DNA of 64,000 nucleotides from Polyangiales bacterium (GCA_964202905.1 CAXNJO010000005.1:32001-96000), one strand, 5' to 3'. Shown: positions 9,322 to 23,411, counted from the first letter of the stretch. Program-made: numbers and translations. The notes: generated from the sequence alone by a model not told the origin.

Positions 9322-10164
9322 TCAGGCCGCCGGAGCCGCGAACGACCAGACCCCGCCGTCGCGACCGAGGATGCGATAGCCCCGCGCCACGAGGATCCCT
9401 GCGAGGTCTTCCGGGCTGTAGGAGATCCCACGGTGCTGCGTCGCATGCAGCTCCGCGATGATCTGCTTGCATCCCGTGAGCGCCCCCGGATCGTCGAGGA
9501 AGATGCCCGCTTCGGCGCCCTCGATGTCGGCGATGAGCGCGAACTCGCCGAGGTGCTGGTCGCGGACCAGCTCGGACAAGGTCGTCGTGCGGACGCGGGT
9601 CGCCGCCCGCGTGGGCCCGGCCACGACACGCGATCCGGTCGAGTCCGCGCCAAACTCCAAGGAGACCTCTCCCGTCGTCGCCGTGTAGTCGATCGCGCCC
9701 TGGACGACCGACACGGACCGCCCGGGCGCGTTGGCGCGCAGATTGGCCGAGAGGAGCGGGATCAGCCGCGGGTTGGCCTCCACGCAGACGATGCGCCGGT
9801 CGGGCTGCAGGCGCCGACTCGCGTGGCACGACACGACGCCGATGCTGCTCCCGAGCTCGACGAGGTCGAGCCGCGGGTCGAGGTGCCGGCGCACCGAGCG
9901 GATCTCCGCGCTCTCGTACATGCCCCAGAAGAGCTGCGCGCGCGTGCGGTCCGTGACGCTCGCGTCGGCGGTGGAGATGGGGATACCACGACAGGGGATG
10001 CGTTGCGCGAACGCCGCGCCGATCGCGCGTCCCACGGCGGGATGGCAGATCCCGGAGGTCAGCGCCGCCTTCAAGGGACGCGGCAGGGCCCGCCCGACGC
10101 GCTGCGGGAGGGCGAACACGCGCCCGAGGACGGCCGCCGCCCCTCTGCTTCCGGCGCCCGTCAT
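9322..10164 (-). CDS. FkbM family methyltransferase
   Basis: VELGSSIG, VCVEANP, IADIEGAE, IAELH; ATG overlaps the upstream gene's stop (ATGA). Confidence 0.85.
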   Translation of the reverse strand: MTGAGSRGAAAVLGRVFALPQRVGRALPRPLKAALTSGICHPAVGRAIGAAFAQRIPCRGIPISTADASVTDRTRAQLFWGMYESAEIRSVRRHLDPRLDLVELGSSIGVVSCHASRRLQPDRRIVCVEANPRLIPLLSANLRANAPGRSVSVVQGAIDYTATTGEVSLEFGADSTGSRVVAGPTRAATRVRTTTLSELVRDQHLGEFALIADIEGAEAGIFLDDPGALTGCKQIIAELHATQHRGISYSPEDLAGILVARGYRILGRDGGVWSFAAPAA

Positions 10165-11366
10165 CGCTTCACGACGGAGCGCAGGCCGGCGACGATCCCG
10201 TCGACGGCGGCGTCGTAGGTCCAGCCCGCGATGATCGCGCGCGAGGCCTGCCCCATCGCGATCCGCCGGGGCTCGTCGGCGAGCACGCCGTCGAGCGTCT
10301 CCGCGATGCGGTCGACGTTGCCCCAGGGGAACGTGGCGCCGTTCTCGCCGGGCCGGAGGAAGTCGATCGTGGAGGGGATGGCGTCGGACAACACCAGCGG
10401 GAGCGAGAAACACATCGCCTCGTGGATGACGAGGGGCGTGACCTCCCCCGGGCCCGACACGAGCGCGAACGCGTCGGCGGCCGCGTAGTAGCGCGGCAGT
10501 TCCGTCTGGTTCTTCGCACCGACGGGGAAGACGTGGGCGAGGCCGCGCGAGGCGCAGTACGCGCGGACCTCCTCGAACAGCGGTCCGCCTCCGACGAGCA
10601 CGAGCGACGCGGGCACCTTCATGCGCTCGTGCGCGAGGACGAGGTCCATCGGCCGCTTCTTCTCGCGCATGTGCGCCACGAAGAGGATGACGGGGCGCGA
10701 CGGGTCGAGGCCGAGCTCGCGTCGAAGTTCGTCACGCCGCGGCCGCAACTCCGCCGCGCGCGCCATGAAGTACTCGTTGTCGACGCACAGCGGGACCCAG
10801 AAGACCTTCTCCGGGGGCACACCGTAGTGCGCGTAGAACTCCCGGGCCCGGGAGCTCATGGCGAGGGCGGCGTCGATCCCCCCGCACCAACGCTTGCGGA
10901 ACGTGTCGCGCGCGAGCTGCGACTCGGTGAGGAGCTTCGGCGAGTCGACGACGACGTCACCGTGGAAGAGGACGGGCAGCCCCATCGCCCGCGCCGCCGC
11001 GAACGCGAGCCACTCGGTCGCCGACGCGTACCCGTGCAAGAAGAGGGCATCGAAACGCCCCCGGCGAAGCTCGCGAAGGAACCCGGGGTGGATCTTCGAG
11101 AAGGGGCTCCCCGCGTCCGGCTTCGGCGAACGGTTCCGAAGGAAGACGGAGCGGTAGCCCTCCAGCAGGGGGCGGTCCCACTGGATCGTCTCGCCGTAGC
11201 CCTGCACGTACGAGGGCTTCAAGCCCAGGTCGGACATGAAGAACACCGTCGGATCGACCTCCGGCCGCGCAGCCAGCCGCGCGAGGAGTGGCGCGTGATA
11301 CTGGATCGGGTGCGACAGCAGCAGCGCCAACTTGTAGGGCGCGCGGGGCGGCGGTGGGTGGGTCAC
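10161..11366 (-). CDS. Glycosyltransferase family 4
   Basis: SHPIQYHAPL, ILFVAHMREKKRP, EVTPLVIHEAMCFSLP; GTG start at 11366 inferred within ORF 10161..11549. Confidence 0.85.
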   Translation of the reverse strand: MTHPPPPRAPYKLALLLSHPIQYHAPLLARLAARPEVDPTVFFMSDLGLKPSYVQGYGETIQWDRPLLEGYRSVFLRNRSPKPDAGSPFSKIHPGFLRELRRGRFDALFLHGYASATEWLAFAAARAMGLPVLFHGDVVVDSPKLLTESQLARDTFRKRWCGGIDAALAMSSRAREFYAHYGVPPEKVFWVPLCVDNEYFMARAAELRPRRDELRRELGLDPSRPVILFVAHMREKKRPMDLVLAHERMKVPASLVLVGGGPLFEEVRAYCASRGLAHVFPVGAKNQTELPRYYAAADAFALVSGPGEVTPLVIHEAMCFSLPLVLSDAIPSTIDFLRPGENGATFPWGNVDRIAETLDGVLADEPRRIAMGQASRAIIAGWTYDAAVDGIVAGLRSVVKR

Positions 11367-11646
11367 GATCAGGTGGTGCGTAGGCGGCGCGCGTCGGAGG
11401 GGGCGAGCAAGCCCTGCGAGGCCGCGCTGCCTCAGGCATCGCGACCCGCCGGGGCGGACCCGCAGGAGAGTCCGGAAGGATAGCGGAAACCGCACCCGCA
11501 GCCAGACACCCCCGCCGCGTGCGCCGTCGACGCGTGCGCCCTCGGTCAACCCGAGAGGTCGGTGGGCACGCCGGGTGCCCCGCGCGCGACGCTGCGCAGG
11601 CGAACCGCCACGCCCGCCGTGCGAGAGCCCCGACGACGCGGCGCCA

Positions 11647-12890
11647 TCAGGAGCGGTAGTCGGCGTTGATGCGGACGTACTCGGGGCCGAGATCGCACGT
11701 GAGGTACGAGGCCGCGGCGCGGCCCGCCCCGAGCCGCAGCGTGATCGTGTACTCGGGGCGCAGCATCACCGCGTGGGCCCGCGCGTCCGTGTCGCCGCCC
11801 ACCGCGAGCCCACGCGCGACGAGCCGCACGTCGCCGACGTCGAGGGTTGCGCGCGCCGGATCGAAGGGCACGCCCGCGCGCCCGGCGGCCGCGAGCACAC
11901 GGCCCCAATTCGGATCCTTGCCATACAGCGCCGTCTTCACGAGGTTGCTCGTCGCGATCGCCCGCGCGACGGCCGACGCGCCCGCGGCGCTCGGCGCGCC
12001 CTCGACGCGCACGGTGACGAGGTGCTCGGCCCCCTCGCCGTCCGCGACGATGAGCCGCCCGAGCGCACCGAGCACCTGCGTGAGCGCCGCGACGAGCGCG
12101 CGCTCGCCCGCGTCCCCAGCGCGCGGCGGCGCGTTCCCCGCGGCCCCCGACGCCATCGCGACGATGGTGTCGTTGGTGCTCGTGTCGCCATCGACGGTGA
12201 GCGCGTTGAAGGTCGCGTCGGTCGCCGTGCGGAGCGCGCGCCGCAGCAGGGTCGCCGACACCCGCGCGTCGGTGACGACGCACGCGAGCGTGGTCGCCAT
12301 GTCGGGGTGGATCATCCCCGCCCCCTTCGCGACGCCCACGACGCGCACGCGCTTGCCGCCGATCCGGGCCTCGGCCTCGGCGCGCTTCGGACCGCGGTCG
12401 GTGGTCATGATCGCGCGCGAGAAGCCCTCGAGACCGTCCGGCGTCGCGGCCGCGACGAGCGGCGCGGCGTGCGCGACGAGCTTCTCCGCGGGGAGCAGGA
12501 CGCCGATGACGCCCGTCGACATCGGCAGCACGAGCGCGGGGTCCACGCCGAGCGCGGCGGCGACGGCGGCCGTCGAGGTGCGCGCGGCGGCGAGCCCCGG
12601 CTTGCCCGTCGCCGCGTTCGCGCAGCCCGCGTTGACGAGCACCGCCTGCGCGAGCCCTGCGGCGACGCGCTCTTCCGCGAGCAGGACGGGCGCGGCCTTC
12701 ACGAGGCTCCGCGTGAACACGGCGGCCGTCGGGACGGGGCGATCGGCGACGAGCAGCGCGAGGTCGAGGCCGCCACGCTTCTTGATGCCCGCGGCGAGGG
12801 ACGCCCAGCGGAAGCCCGCCACGGGCGCGGGCGCAGGCCCCGGGGCCAGCAATTCGTCGAGCACGGGGCGCGGCGGCGTCTTCGCGCGGC

Positions 12891-12894
<4 letters not shown>
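11647..12894 (-). CDS. argJ: Bifunctional ornithine acetyltransferase/N-acetylglutamate synthase ArgJ
   Basis: NAGCANAATG, STGVIG, AIMTTD, KGAGMIHPDMATTL, DGDTSTND, DGEGA, DPNWGR, C-terminal INADYRS; ATG overlaps the secA stop. Confidence 0.95.
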
Positions 12895-16331
<3,437 letters not shown>

Positions 16332-16443
16332 CGCGGCTCCCGCTGCCTCGTGGGGGCGCGCCCGAGGGCCCCCTTGGAGAAGCGCGGGACTCTAGTTCCC
16401 GCCCTCGGCGGGCGCAATTGTCCGCGCCCGGAGGCGCCGCGCG

Positions 16444-17907
16444 TCAGCCGTCGCCCGCGCCGAGGCGCGCGAGCACGAAGGCGAGCGTCGCGAGGAAGGC
16501 GAGCGTCACGGCGCCGACGATCGCCACCACCGCGAGCGTGTCGCGCCGGCGGTGCGCGGCGCTCTCGGCCTCCGCATCGCCCGCCTCGCGGAGCAGCGCG
16601 CGCGCCTCGCGGGAGGCGTCGAGCCCGCGGCCGAGCAGCACGAGCACGAGCAGCGCGGCGAGCGCCACGAGCGCCACGGCGCTGATCGCGCGGACGCGCG
16701 CCCGCCGCGCGAGCGCCCGCGTGATCGCCGCCTCGCGCCCGCTCACGGGCACGGGCGTCGCGAGGCGCGCCTCGTCGAGCAGCGCCGCGTCGAAGGTGAA
16801 GCGGCGCTCGGCGGACGCGCGATCCGTTGACGGCGCCGGGTCGGCGCGCTGCGCGGGCGGCGGCTCGGAGGCCGTGCGCGACGCGAACACGAAGCGCGAC
16901 GCGGCGTGCTCGGAGTCGAAGAGGTCGGCGCGCACCTGCACGCGGTGGGCGCCGGCGTCCGCGAACACGAACCCCGGCAGCGCGACCTCCGCGTCGAGCG
17001 TGCCCGGCGCGAAGGCGCGCGAATACACCCAGCGATCGGCGGCGAACACGTCCACGATCAGCGGACGCCCGGGCTGCGCGCCGAGCACGCGCAGGGTGAG
17101 CGGCCGACCAACGCGCGCGCGCGCCGCCGTCTCGATCTGCACCTCGCCGAGCGCGACCGGCAGGCGCAGTGCGCGCCGCGCGAGCAGCGCCCCTGCGCGC
17201 GAGAAGAGCAGCTCAGCCTCGCCCTCCGGCCCGTGCACGACGGCCGTGAGCGCGACGACGTCCGGCGGGAGAGCGGGCGCCGCGCCCTCGCCGCGCGGCT
17301 CGACGGAGGGCGTCTGCGCGAGTCGCGCCACGATCGGCGGCGCGCCGACCTCGAGCAGCAGCGTGCAGGGCAGCTCGGGCACGCACGCGCCACCGACGAC
17401 GCGCACCGGCGAGATCGACGGCAGCGGCGGCGCGTCCTCGCCCGCGGCCATCGGCTCGCGCGCGAGCGGCCCCTCCGAGAGCAGCGCGAGGAGCGCGGCC
17501 TCGCGCGGCAGCGGCAGCGCGGGCGGCGCGTCGAACGCGATCCGCAGCGACGCACGGACGCGCGCGCCGGTCGCCTCCGCCTCGAGCGTGTACGCCCCCG
17601 CGGCGAGCCCCGCGGGCACGCGGAGAGCGCCCTCCATCGAGCGCGCCGCCGACACCACGAGCCGCGCGCGCACCAGCGTGCGGCCGCGTGCGTCGCGGAG
17701 CGCGACGTCGACGGGCGCGGTGACGAGCGTCGGCCCGTCGGGCTCGTCGATGCGCGCGAGCAGGTTCGCGCGCAGCGCGACACGGTCACCAGGGCGCGCG
17801 CCTGCGGGCGCGACGAGCTGCAATTCACGCTGGGGGCCCGTCTGCTCGGACGCGAGGACGGCGCCGACGACCAGCGCGATCGACACGGGCACGACGGTCG
17901 CGACCAA
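16444..17907 (-). CDS. Hypothetical membrane-anchored protein with beta-rich (Ig/MG2-like) extracytoplasmic domains
   Basis: N-terminal TM, V.LRDARG....G...VP..LAAGAYTLEA pattern, two C-terminal TM helices; start uncertain. Confidence 0.55.
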   Translation of the reverse strand: MVATVVPVSIALVVGAVLASEQTGPQRELQLVAPAGARPGDRVALRANLLARIDEPDGPTLVTAPVDVALRDARGRTLVRARLVVSAARSMEGALRVPAGLAAGAYTLEAEATGARVRASLRIAFDAPPALPLPREAALLALLSEGPLAREPMAAGEDAPPLPSISPVRVVGGACVPELPCTLLLEVGAPPIVARLAQTPSVEPRGEGAAPALPPDVVALTAVVHGPEGEAELLFSRAGALLARRALRLPVALGEVQIETAARARVGRPLTLRVLGAQPGRPLIVDVFAADRWVYSRAFAPGTLDAEVALPGFVFADAGAHRVQVRADLFDSEHAASRFVFASRTASEPPPAQRADPAPSTDRASAERRFTFDAALLDEARLATPVPVSGREAAITRALARRARVRAISAVALVALAALLVLVLLGRGLDASREARALLREAGDAEAESAAHRRRDTLAVVAIVGAVTLAFLATLAFVLARLGAGDG

Positions 17908-17969
17908 GCGCTCGACGGCCCGGCGCCGTGCGCCGCGGCCCGCGGCGCGATCGCCGCGCGGCGCGTCCG

Positions 17970-18440
17970 TCAGGCGCGCGCCTTCTGGCAGCCCGCGCAC
18001 ACGCCGTAGAGCTCGTGTCGATGGCTCGACAGCGCGAAGCCGTAGCGCCGTGCGACCTGCTCCTGGAGCGTCTCGATGTCGTGATCCTCGAACTCCTCGA
18101 TGCGGCCGCACTGCACGCAAATGAGGTGATCGTGGTGGCTCTCGGCGTGCGCGAGTTCGTAGCGCGTGGGCCCGTCGCGGAACTGCCGCTCGTAGGCGAG
18201 CCCGGACTCGCTGAGCAGCTTGAGCGTGCGGTAGACCGTCGCGTAGCCCACGGTCCCGTCCTTCTTGCGGACGAGCGCGAGCAGATCGTCGATGCTCAGG
18301 TGCCCCTTGCTGCGGAAGAACACGTCGCTCACGAGCCGACGCTGGTTCGTCGAGCGCAGGCCCTTGTCGCGCATGTACGCGACGAGCGCGTCGTGCATCG
18401 CGTCGACCTTCTCCGGCAGCGGTGGCAGCGCCTTGCCCAT
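17970..18440 (-). CDS. fur: Fur family transcriptional regulator
   Basis: GLRSTNQR, GYATVYRTLKLL, HHDHLICVQCGRIEEF, LYGVCAGC. Confidence 0.92.
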   Translation of the reverse strand: MGKALPPLPEKVDAMHDALVAYMRDKGLRSTNQRRLVSDVFFRSKGHLSIDDLLALVRKKDGTVGYATVYRTLKLLSESGLAYERQFRDGPTRYELAHAESHHDHLICVQCGRIEEFEDHDIETLQEQVARRYGFALSSHRHELYGVCAGCQKARA

Positions 18441-18528
18441 CGCGTAGCCACGGACCCTATCACGGTTCAGCCGCCCCCCGCCGGGCGGGCGCTTGCCGCC
18501 CCGCGACGCGGCGGCGCATCATCCGCGG

Positions 18529-19394
18529 ATGCGCGCGCCCGCTGCACCGCTCCGCTCCGCCCTCGCGCTCGCGTCCCTCGCGTTCGCCGCCGCTGCATGT
18601 CTCGCGGTGCCGCACGCGGCCACCGCGCAGGAGGCGCTCGAGCGTGACCCCTCGGGCGCGCTGGATTGCCGCTCGCTGAGCACGTGCAACGCCGACGCGG
18701 AGTGCAGCGACAGGCCGGGAACGGGCTGTTTCCCGGTCCCCTTCACGGGGAGGACGACGACACCGGAGCGCTATTGCGTCGCCCCGATGGTCACGCGCTT
18801 CTGCTGCGTCGGTGTGAGCGATTGCCCGGTCCGCGCGGACGCGACGCCGCGTTGCTTCGGAGCGATGGACGGCACCGTCGATCGCGGCCTCTGCGTCTAC
18901 GCGGACGAGCCGTACATCCTGTGCGCCGCCCTCGTCGGCCCGCCGCGGACCGAGGGGCAGGTCCTGCGCGACTGCTTCACGCCGCCGCCCGGGGAGCCCA
19001 TCCCGGCCGTGGGAACGGTTCCCTTTCGCGAGGGCGACTGCGACCGCGACGGCCAGGTCAACGGCGTGGACCCGTGCCGCTGCGACCCGACCAACGCGTG
19101 CGGGCGCACCGACGGGGGCGCGATGACCGAGACCGACGCCGGCGCGGTGAGCGAGACCGACGCCGGCGCGATGAGCGAGACCGACGCCGGCGCGACGCCC
19201 AAGCCCGACGGCAGCGCCCCGACGTTCGACGCCGCGGCGACGCGCGGCCCCGATTTCCGCGGCGGCGGCGGCTGTGCGTGCCGCGCCGCGCCCGCCAGGC
19301 GACGCACGACGGGCACGACGCGCATCTTGCCGGCGGCGCTGCTCGGTGGACGCTCGTCGTCGCCCTCCGTGCGCGTCGCCGCCGCGCCCGCTGA
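18529..19394 (+). CDS. Cys-rich secreted protein with a MYXO-CTERM-type sorting tail (frame break near 19348)
   Basis: Signal peptide, many Cys, GDCDRDGQVNGVD, GGGGCACRAAP; restoring one base gives ...ILPAALLGWTLVVALRARRRRAR-stop (TM plus basic tail). Confidence 0.7.
19123..19194 (+). repeat. 24-bp coding tandem repeat, 3 copies (xxETDAGA)
   Basis: RTGASCGAGACCGACGCCGGCGCG at 19123, 19147 and 19171. Confidence 0.85.
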
Positions 19395-19413
19395 CGCCCC
19401 ACCCCGACCCCCG

Positions 19414-20083
19414 ATGGGCTACTTCCCCTACTACCTCGCGATCGCGGCGATCTCCTACGGCTTGCGGTATCCGTGGCTCCTCGCGGGCGCCGTCGCGGTC
19501 TACGCGCTGCGCCGCTTCATCCCCGATCCGTGGGTGCTGCTGCGCACCTCGGGCCGCATCCGCGGCCTCCGCGCGCAGGTCGCCGCGAACCTCGCGAACG
19601 TCACCGCCCGCCGCGATCTCGCCGAGCTGCTGCTCGCGCGCCTGCGTCCGCGGGCGGCCCTCACGCTCGTCGACGAGGCGCTGCGCCGCGAGCCCGCCAA
19701 CGCCGAGCTGCTCTTCCTGCGCGGCGTCGCGCTCGCGCGGAGCGGCGACGCGGAGGGCGCGCTCGGGCCGCTCGTCGAATGCGTGCAGCGCGAGCCCGGG
19801 CTGCGCTACGGAGAGCCCTACCGCGTCGCGGGGGACGCGCTCGCACGACTCGCGCGCGACGAAGCGGCCGAGGACGCGTACGAGCGCTTCGTCGATGCGA
19901 ACGGCTCCTCGATCGAGGGCCACCTCAAGCTCGCGCAGACCCGTCGCCGCCGCGGCGATCGCGAGCGGGGCGCAGCGCGCGCTGCGCGAAGCGCTCGACA
20001 CCTTCGCGCAGCTCCCCGCGCACCATCGCCGCCGCCAGCTCGGCTGGTGGCTCCGCGCGCAGTTCGCGCGGCTCTATCTATGA
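19414..20083 (+). CDS. Membrane-anchored TPR protein (frame break near 19967)
   Basis: Two N-terminal hydrophobic helices, TPR pattern PANAELLFLRGVALARSG; a plausible C-terminus (AQRALREALDTF...WWLRAQFARLYL) lies in the adjacent frame. Confidence 0.7.
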
Positions 20084-20092
20084 CGCAGTGCG

Positions 20093-21019
20093 TCAACCCC
20101 GCGCTGCGCGGATCGCGGCGCGTGCCGCCTCGAGATCGCCCGCGCCCTGCACGTTGACCTTCGCGGCGTCCTTGCGGATGCGCGCGAGCAGGCCGCTCAG
20201 CACCTTGCCCGGCCCGATCTCGACGAAGAGCGTCACGCCGTCCGCGAGCATGCGCTCGACGGATTCTTCCCAGCGCACCGGGCGCGAGACCTGCCGCACG
20301 AGCGCGTCGCGCGCGGCCGCCGCGTCGTGCACCGGCGCGGCGTCGACGTTCACGTAGATCGGCACGGACGGGTCGCGCATCGACGTCGCCGCGAGATGCG
20401 GCGCGAGGCGCGCCTCCGCCGGCTCCATCAGGGCCGAGTGGAAGGGCGCGCTCACCTTGAGCGGGATGGCCTTCGCGCCGAGCGCCGCGATCGCGCGGCA
20501 CGCCGCCTCGACGCCCGCCGCGTCCCCCGCGATCACGATCTGCCCGGGGCAGTTGTAGTTCACGGGCGACACGCGCCCCGGCGCCTCGGCGCACGCGCGC
20601 TCGATGGCCGCGCGCTCGCCGCCCATGATCGCCGCCATCGCGCCGGCGCCGACGGGCACCGCCTCCTGCATGTACGTGCCGCGCACGCGCACGAGGCGCA
20701 CCGCATCGGCGAACGAGAGCGTGCCGGCGGCGACGTTCGCCGCGTACTCACCGAGGCTGTGCCCCGCCGTCACGTCGGGCGCCTCGCCGAGCGCGCGGAG
20801 CAGCGCGATCTCGGTCGTCAGCACCGCGGGCTGCGTGTTCGCGGTGAGCTGGAGCGACTCTTCCGGCCCCTCGAAACAGAGGCGCGAGAGCGGCTCGGCG
20901 AGCGCGAGGTCCGCTTCGTCGAACACCGCCCGCGCGGCCTCGGACGCCGCGAAGGCGTCCCGCCCCATGCCGACCTTCTGCGCGCCCTGACCCGGAAACA
21001 CGAACGCGACCCGACCCAT
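20093..21019 (-). CDS. fabD: ACP S-malonyltransferase FabD
   Basis: FVFPGQGAQ, NTQPA, AGHSLGEY, VSAPFHS, EIGPGKVLSGL. Confidence 0.97.
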   Translation of the reverse strand: MGRVAFVFPGQGAQKVGMGRDAFAASEAARAVFDEADLALAEPLSRLCFEGPEESLQLTANTQPAVLTTEIALLRALGEAPDVTAGHSLGEYAANVAAGTLSFADAVRLVRVRGTYMQEAVPVGAGAMAAIMGGERAAIERACAEAPGRVSPVNYNCPGQIVIAGDAAGVEAACRAIAALGAKAIPLKVSAPFHSALMEPAEARLAPHLAATSMRDPSVPIYVNVDAAPVHDAAAARDALVRQVSRPVRWEESVERMLADGVTLFVEIGPGKVLSGLLARIRKDAAKVNVQGAGDLEAARAAIRAARG

Positions 21020-21076
21020 GCGAGGCCTCCTGCGGTCTGTGCGCGGCAGGCCCTGCGGCCTCGCCGCGCGGAGCGT

Positions 21077-21712
21077 TCACCGCGCGGGGCGGTGGTGCCG
21101 GCCGCGGTGCTCGAGCGTCGCGCACTCGCTCGCGGCGAAGTCGAACTCGTGGCTGCGCGAGAGCACGAAGTAGCCGCCGTGGATGCGGAACCCGGCGAGC
21201 GCGACGAAGGCGCGGCCGAGGAGGAGATCGGCGTCGTCGGCGTAGACCTGCACGAGGTAGTCGCGCAGCAGCCCGGAGGGCTCGATGCCGTTCCGCCCGA
21301 GGCCGTAGTCGAGCAGCAGCGCGTTCGGGTAGACGCTGTCGGAGGACGCGGGATCGACCGCGTGCACGCGGTAGAAGCCGTGGCGCTTGGCGGCGGCCTC
21401 GCTCGGCGCGGCGACGTGCGGCTTGCCGATGCCGTCCTGCGCGACGACGACGTTGTAGCCCTGGATGAAGGGCTGCGGGCCCTCGGGCACGCGGGGCGCG
21501 CCGACGTAGAAACCCTTGCGGAACTTGCGGATCCCGAGCAGGTCCGTCGCCGCGCCGGTGTTCGTCCCGGCGAACTCCCAGCCCGCGAGCGACGAGAGCG
21601 CGGGCGCCGTCCCGGCGCGCATGATCGCGTCGCGGGTGGCGTCGCTGACGCCCTTGACGAGGTCGAGGTACGAGAAGCGGGAGCCGTCGGGGCGGAGGTT
21701 CGGGGCGGTCAC
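21077..21712 (-). CDS. Conserved-looking hypothetical protein
   Basis: Normal globular composition and GC3 bias (LAGWEFAG, KFRKGF, LLLDYG, LRDYLVQV); GTG start inferred. Confidence 0.6.
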   Translation of the reverse strand: MTAPNLRPDGSRFSYLDLVKGVSDATRDAIMRAGTAPALSSLAGWEFAGTNTGAATDLLGIRKFRKGFYVGAPRVPEGPQPFIQGYNVVVAQDGIGKPHVAAPSEAAAKRHGFYRVHAVDPASSDSVYPNALLLDYGLGRNGIEPSGLLRDYLVQVYADDADLLLGRAFVALAGFRIHGGYFVLSRSHEFDFAASECATLEHRGRHHRPAR

Positions 21713-21791
21713 GGCGCGCGTCGTAGCACAGGCGTGCCGCGTCCACAGCGGCGCAGCTCGCGCTGGCGGCCGGGGCCGGCCGCGGGCTACC

Positions 21792-23051
21792 ATGCGCGCC
21801 GTGACGGAGCCGACGGATCTCGTCCTCGTGGACGCGGACGGGTCGCTGCACGCGGCCGGCCGCAGCGCCGAGCGCTGGCTGCGCGAGCACCCGGGCCGCT
21901 ATCGGCTCGTCGTCGCCGCGGACGGGCTGATGGTCCTGCACGGCGAGCGCGGGGCGACCCCGGCGACCGGGCCGCGCACGCTGATGGCCGGCGAGATCCT
22001 CACCGGCACCACGGTGCTCGAGCTGATCAACATCATCGCCAACGCGAGCTGGCGCGGCGATCTGCGCGTGTTCTCCGGCGGGCACGTCCGCACGCTCAGC
22101 TTCGAGCGCGGCGCGGTGAAGAACGCGCACAGCGACCACCCGGACGACCGCCTCGGCGAGGTGCTCTTCCGCCTCGGCGTGGTGACCCGCGCGGAGCTCG
22201 ACGCGCTGCTGCGCGAGGTCACGCCGGAGCGCCGCTTCGGCCAGCTCGTCGTCGAGCGCGGGATCGCGGACCGCGAGAAGCTCTTCCAGTTCCTGCAGAA
22301 GCAGGTCGAGAGCATCTTCCACGCGGTCGTGCTCGTGCGCGACGGGAGCTACGCCTTCACGACGCCCGACGAGAGCCGCGCGCCCGCGCCCGCGACGGTG
22401 CACCTGCACGCGCAGAGCCTGCTCATGGAGGGCGTGCAACGCATCGACGAGATGGCGCTCTTCCGCGAGCGCATCCCGCACGGGCGCCTCGTGCCGCAGG
22501 CCCTCGCGGGGGTGACCGGCAAGGTCGACGCCGAAGCCGCGAAGGTGCTCCCGTGGTGCGACGGGACGCGCACGCTCGAGGAGATCGGGCGCGAGTCCGG
22601 GATCGGCGAGTTCGGCACGACGAAGGCGCTCTACCACCTCGTGCAGGCAGGCCGCGTCGCGCTCCACGACTCGCGCCGCAGCGTCGTCGACGCCGCGCAG
22701 GTGCAGGCCCTCGTCGCGCAGTTCAACGACGTCATCCGCGACATCTTCCTCGCGGTCGCCGCGTACGGCGGCAGCGCGCAGACCCGCGACACGCTCGAGG
22801 CCTGGGTGCAGGGGAGCGGCTACGGCCCGTTCTTCGGCGAGAGCGTCGGCGCCGACGGCAGCATCGACCCCGCACGCGTCGCCGCCTCGCTCGCCGCGGT
22901 CGAGGTCGACCATCCGCTCGACGCGCTGCACCAGGCGCTGCACGAGCTCGCGGCCTTCGCGCTCTTCGCCGCGACGACCTGCCTCCCGCGCGACCAAGAG
23001 CTCGTGCTCTCGCGCGACGTGAACCGCCGCCTCAAGGGGATCCGCGTCTGA
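21792..23051 (+). CDS. DUF4388 (PatA N-terminal-like) domain protein
   Basis: LAGEI....LELINII....WRGDL....RTLSFERG.V..A.S.HPDDRLGEVL.R.G, RRFGQLVVERG, LLMEGVQRIDE. Confidence 0.75.
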   Translation: MRAVTEPTDLVLVDADGSLHAAGRSAERWLREHPGRYRLVVAADGLMVLHGERGATPATGPRTLMAGEILTGTTVLELINIIANASWRGDLRVFSGGHVRTLSFERGAVKNAHSDHPDDRLGEVLFRLGVVTRAELDALLREVTPERRFGQLVVERGIADREKLFQFLQKQVESIFHAVVLVRDGSYAFTTPDESRAPAPATVHLHAQSLLMEGVQRIDEMALFRERIPHGRLVPQALAGVTGKVDAEAAKVLPWCDGTRTLEEIGRESGIGEFGTTKALYHLVQAGRVALHDSRRSVVDAAQVQALVAQFNDVIRDIFLAVAAYGGSAQTRDTLEAWVQGSGYGPFFGESVGADGSIDPARVAASLAAVEVDHPLDALHQALHELAAFALFAATTCLPRDQELVLSRDVNRRLKGIRV

Positions 23052-23136
23052 GGGCACCCCGCGCCGCGCAGGGCCCCCGCGCGGTCTGGGCCCCCCGCCG
23101 TTGACAAGCGCGCCCCCGAGCCCCAGCACTGCGCCC

Positions 23137-23391
23137 ATGATCGAACCCGAGATCCTCGAAGCCCGCATCCGCGCCGCGATCCCCGACGTCACCCTCGTCC
23201 GCATCGAGGACCTCACGGGCGGCCGCGATCACTTCCAGGCGACGGTCGTCGCGCCGAGCTTCGCGGGCCTCACGCGGGTCGCGCAACATCAGGCCGTGTA
23301 CCGCGCGCTCGGCGAGCTGATGGCCGGCCCCGTGCACGCGCTCGCCCTCTCCACGCACACCCCCGAGACCTACAAGCGCGTGCTCAAGTAG
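23137..23391 (+). CDS. bolA: BolA/IbaG family protein
   Basis: DHFQATVVAPSFAGLTRVAQHQAVYRAL...VHALAL; adjacent to grxD. Confidence 0.92.
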   Translation: MIEPEILEARIRAAIPDVTLVRIEDLTGGRDHFQATVVAPSFAGLTRVAQHQAVYRALGELMAGPVHALALSTHTPETYKRVLK

Positions 23392-23411
23392 CCGCGCAGG
23401 AGACGCCACCC

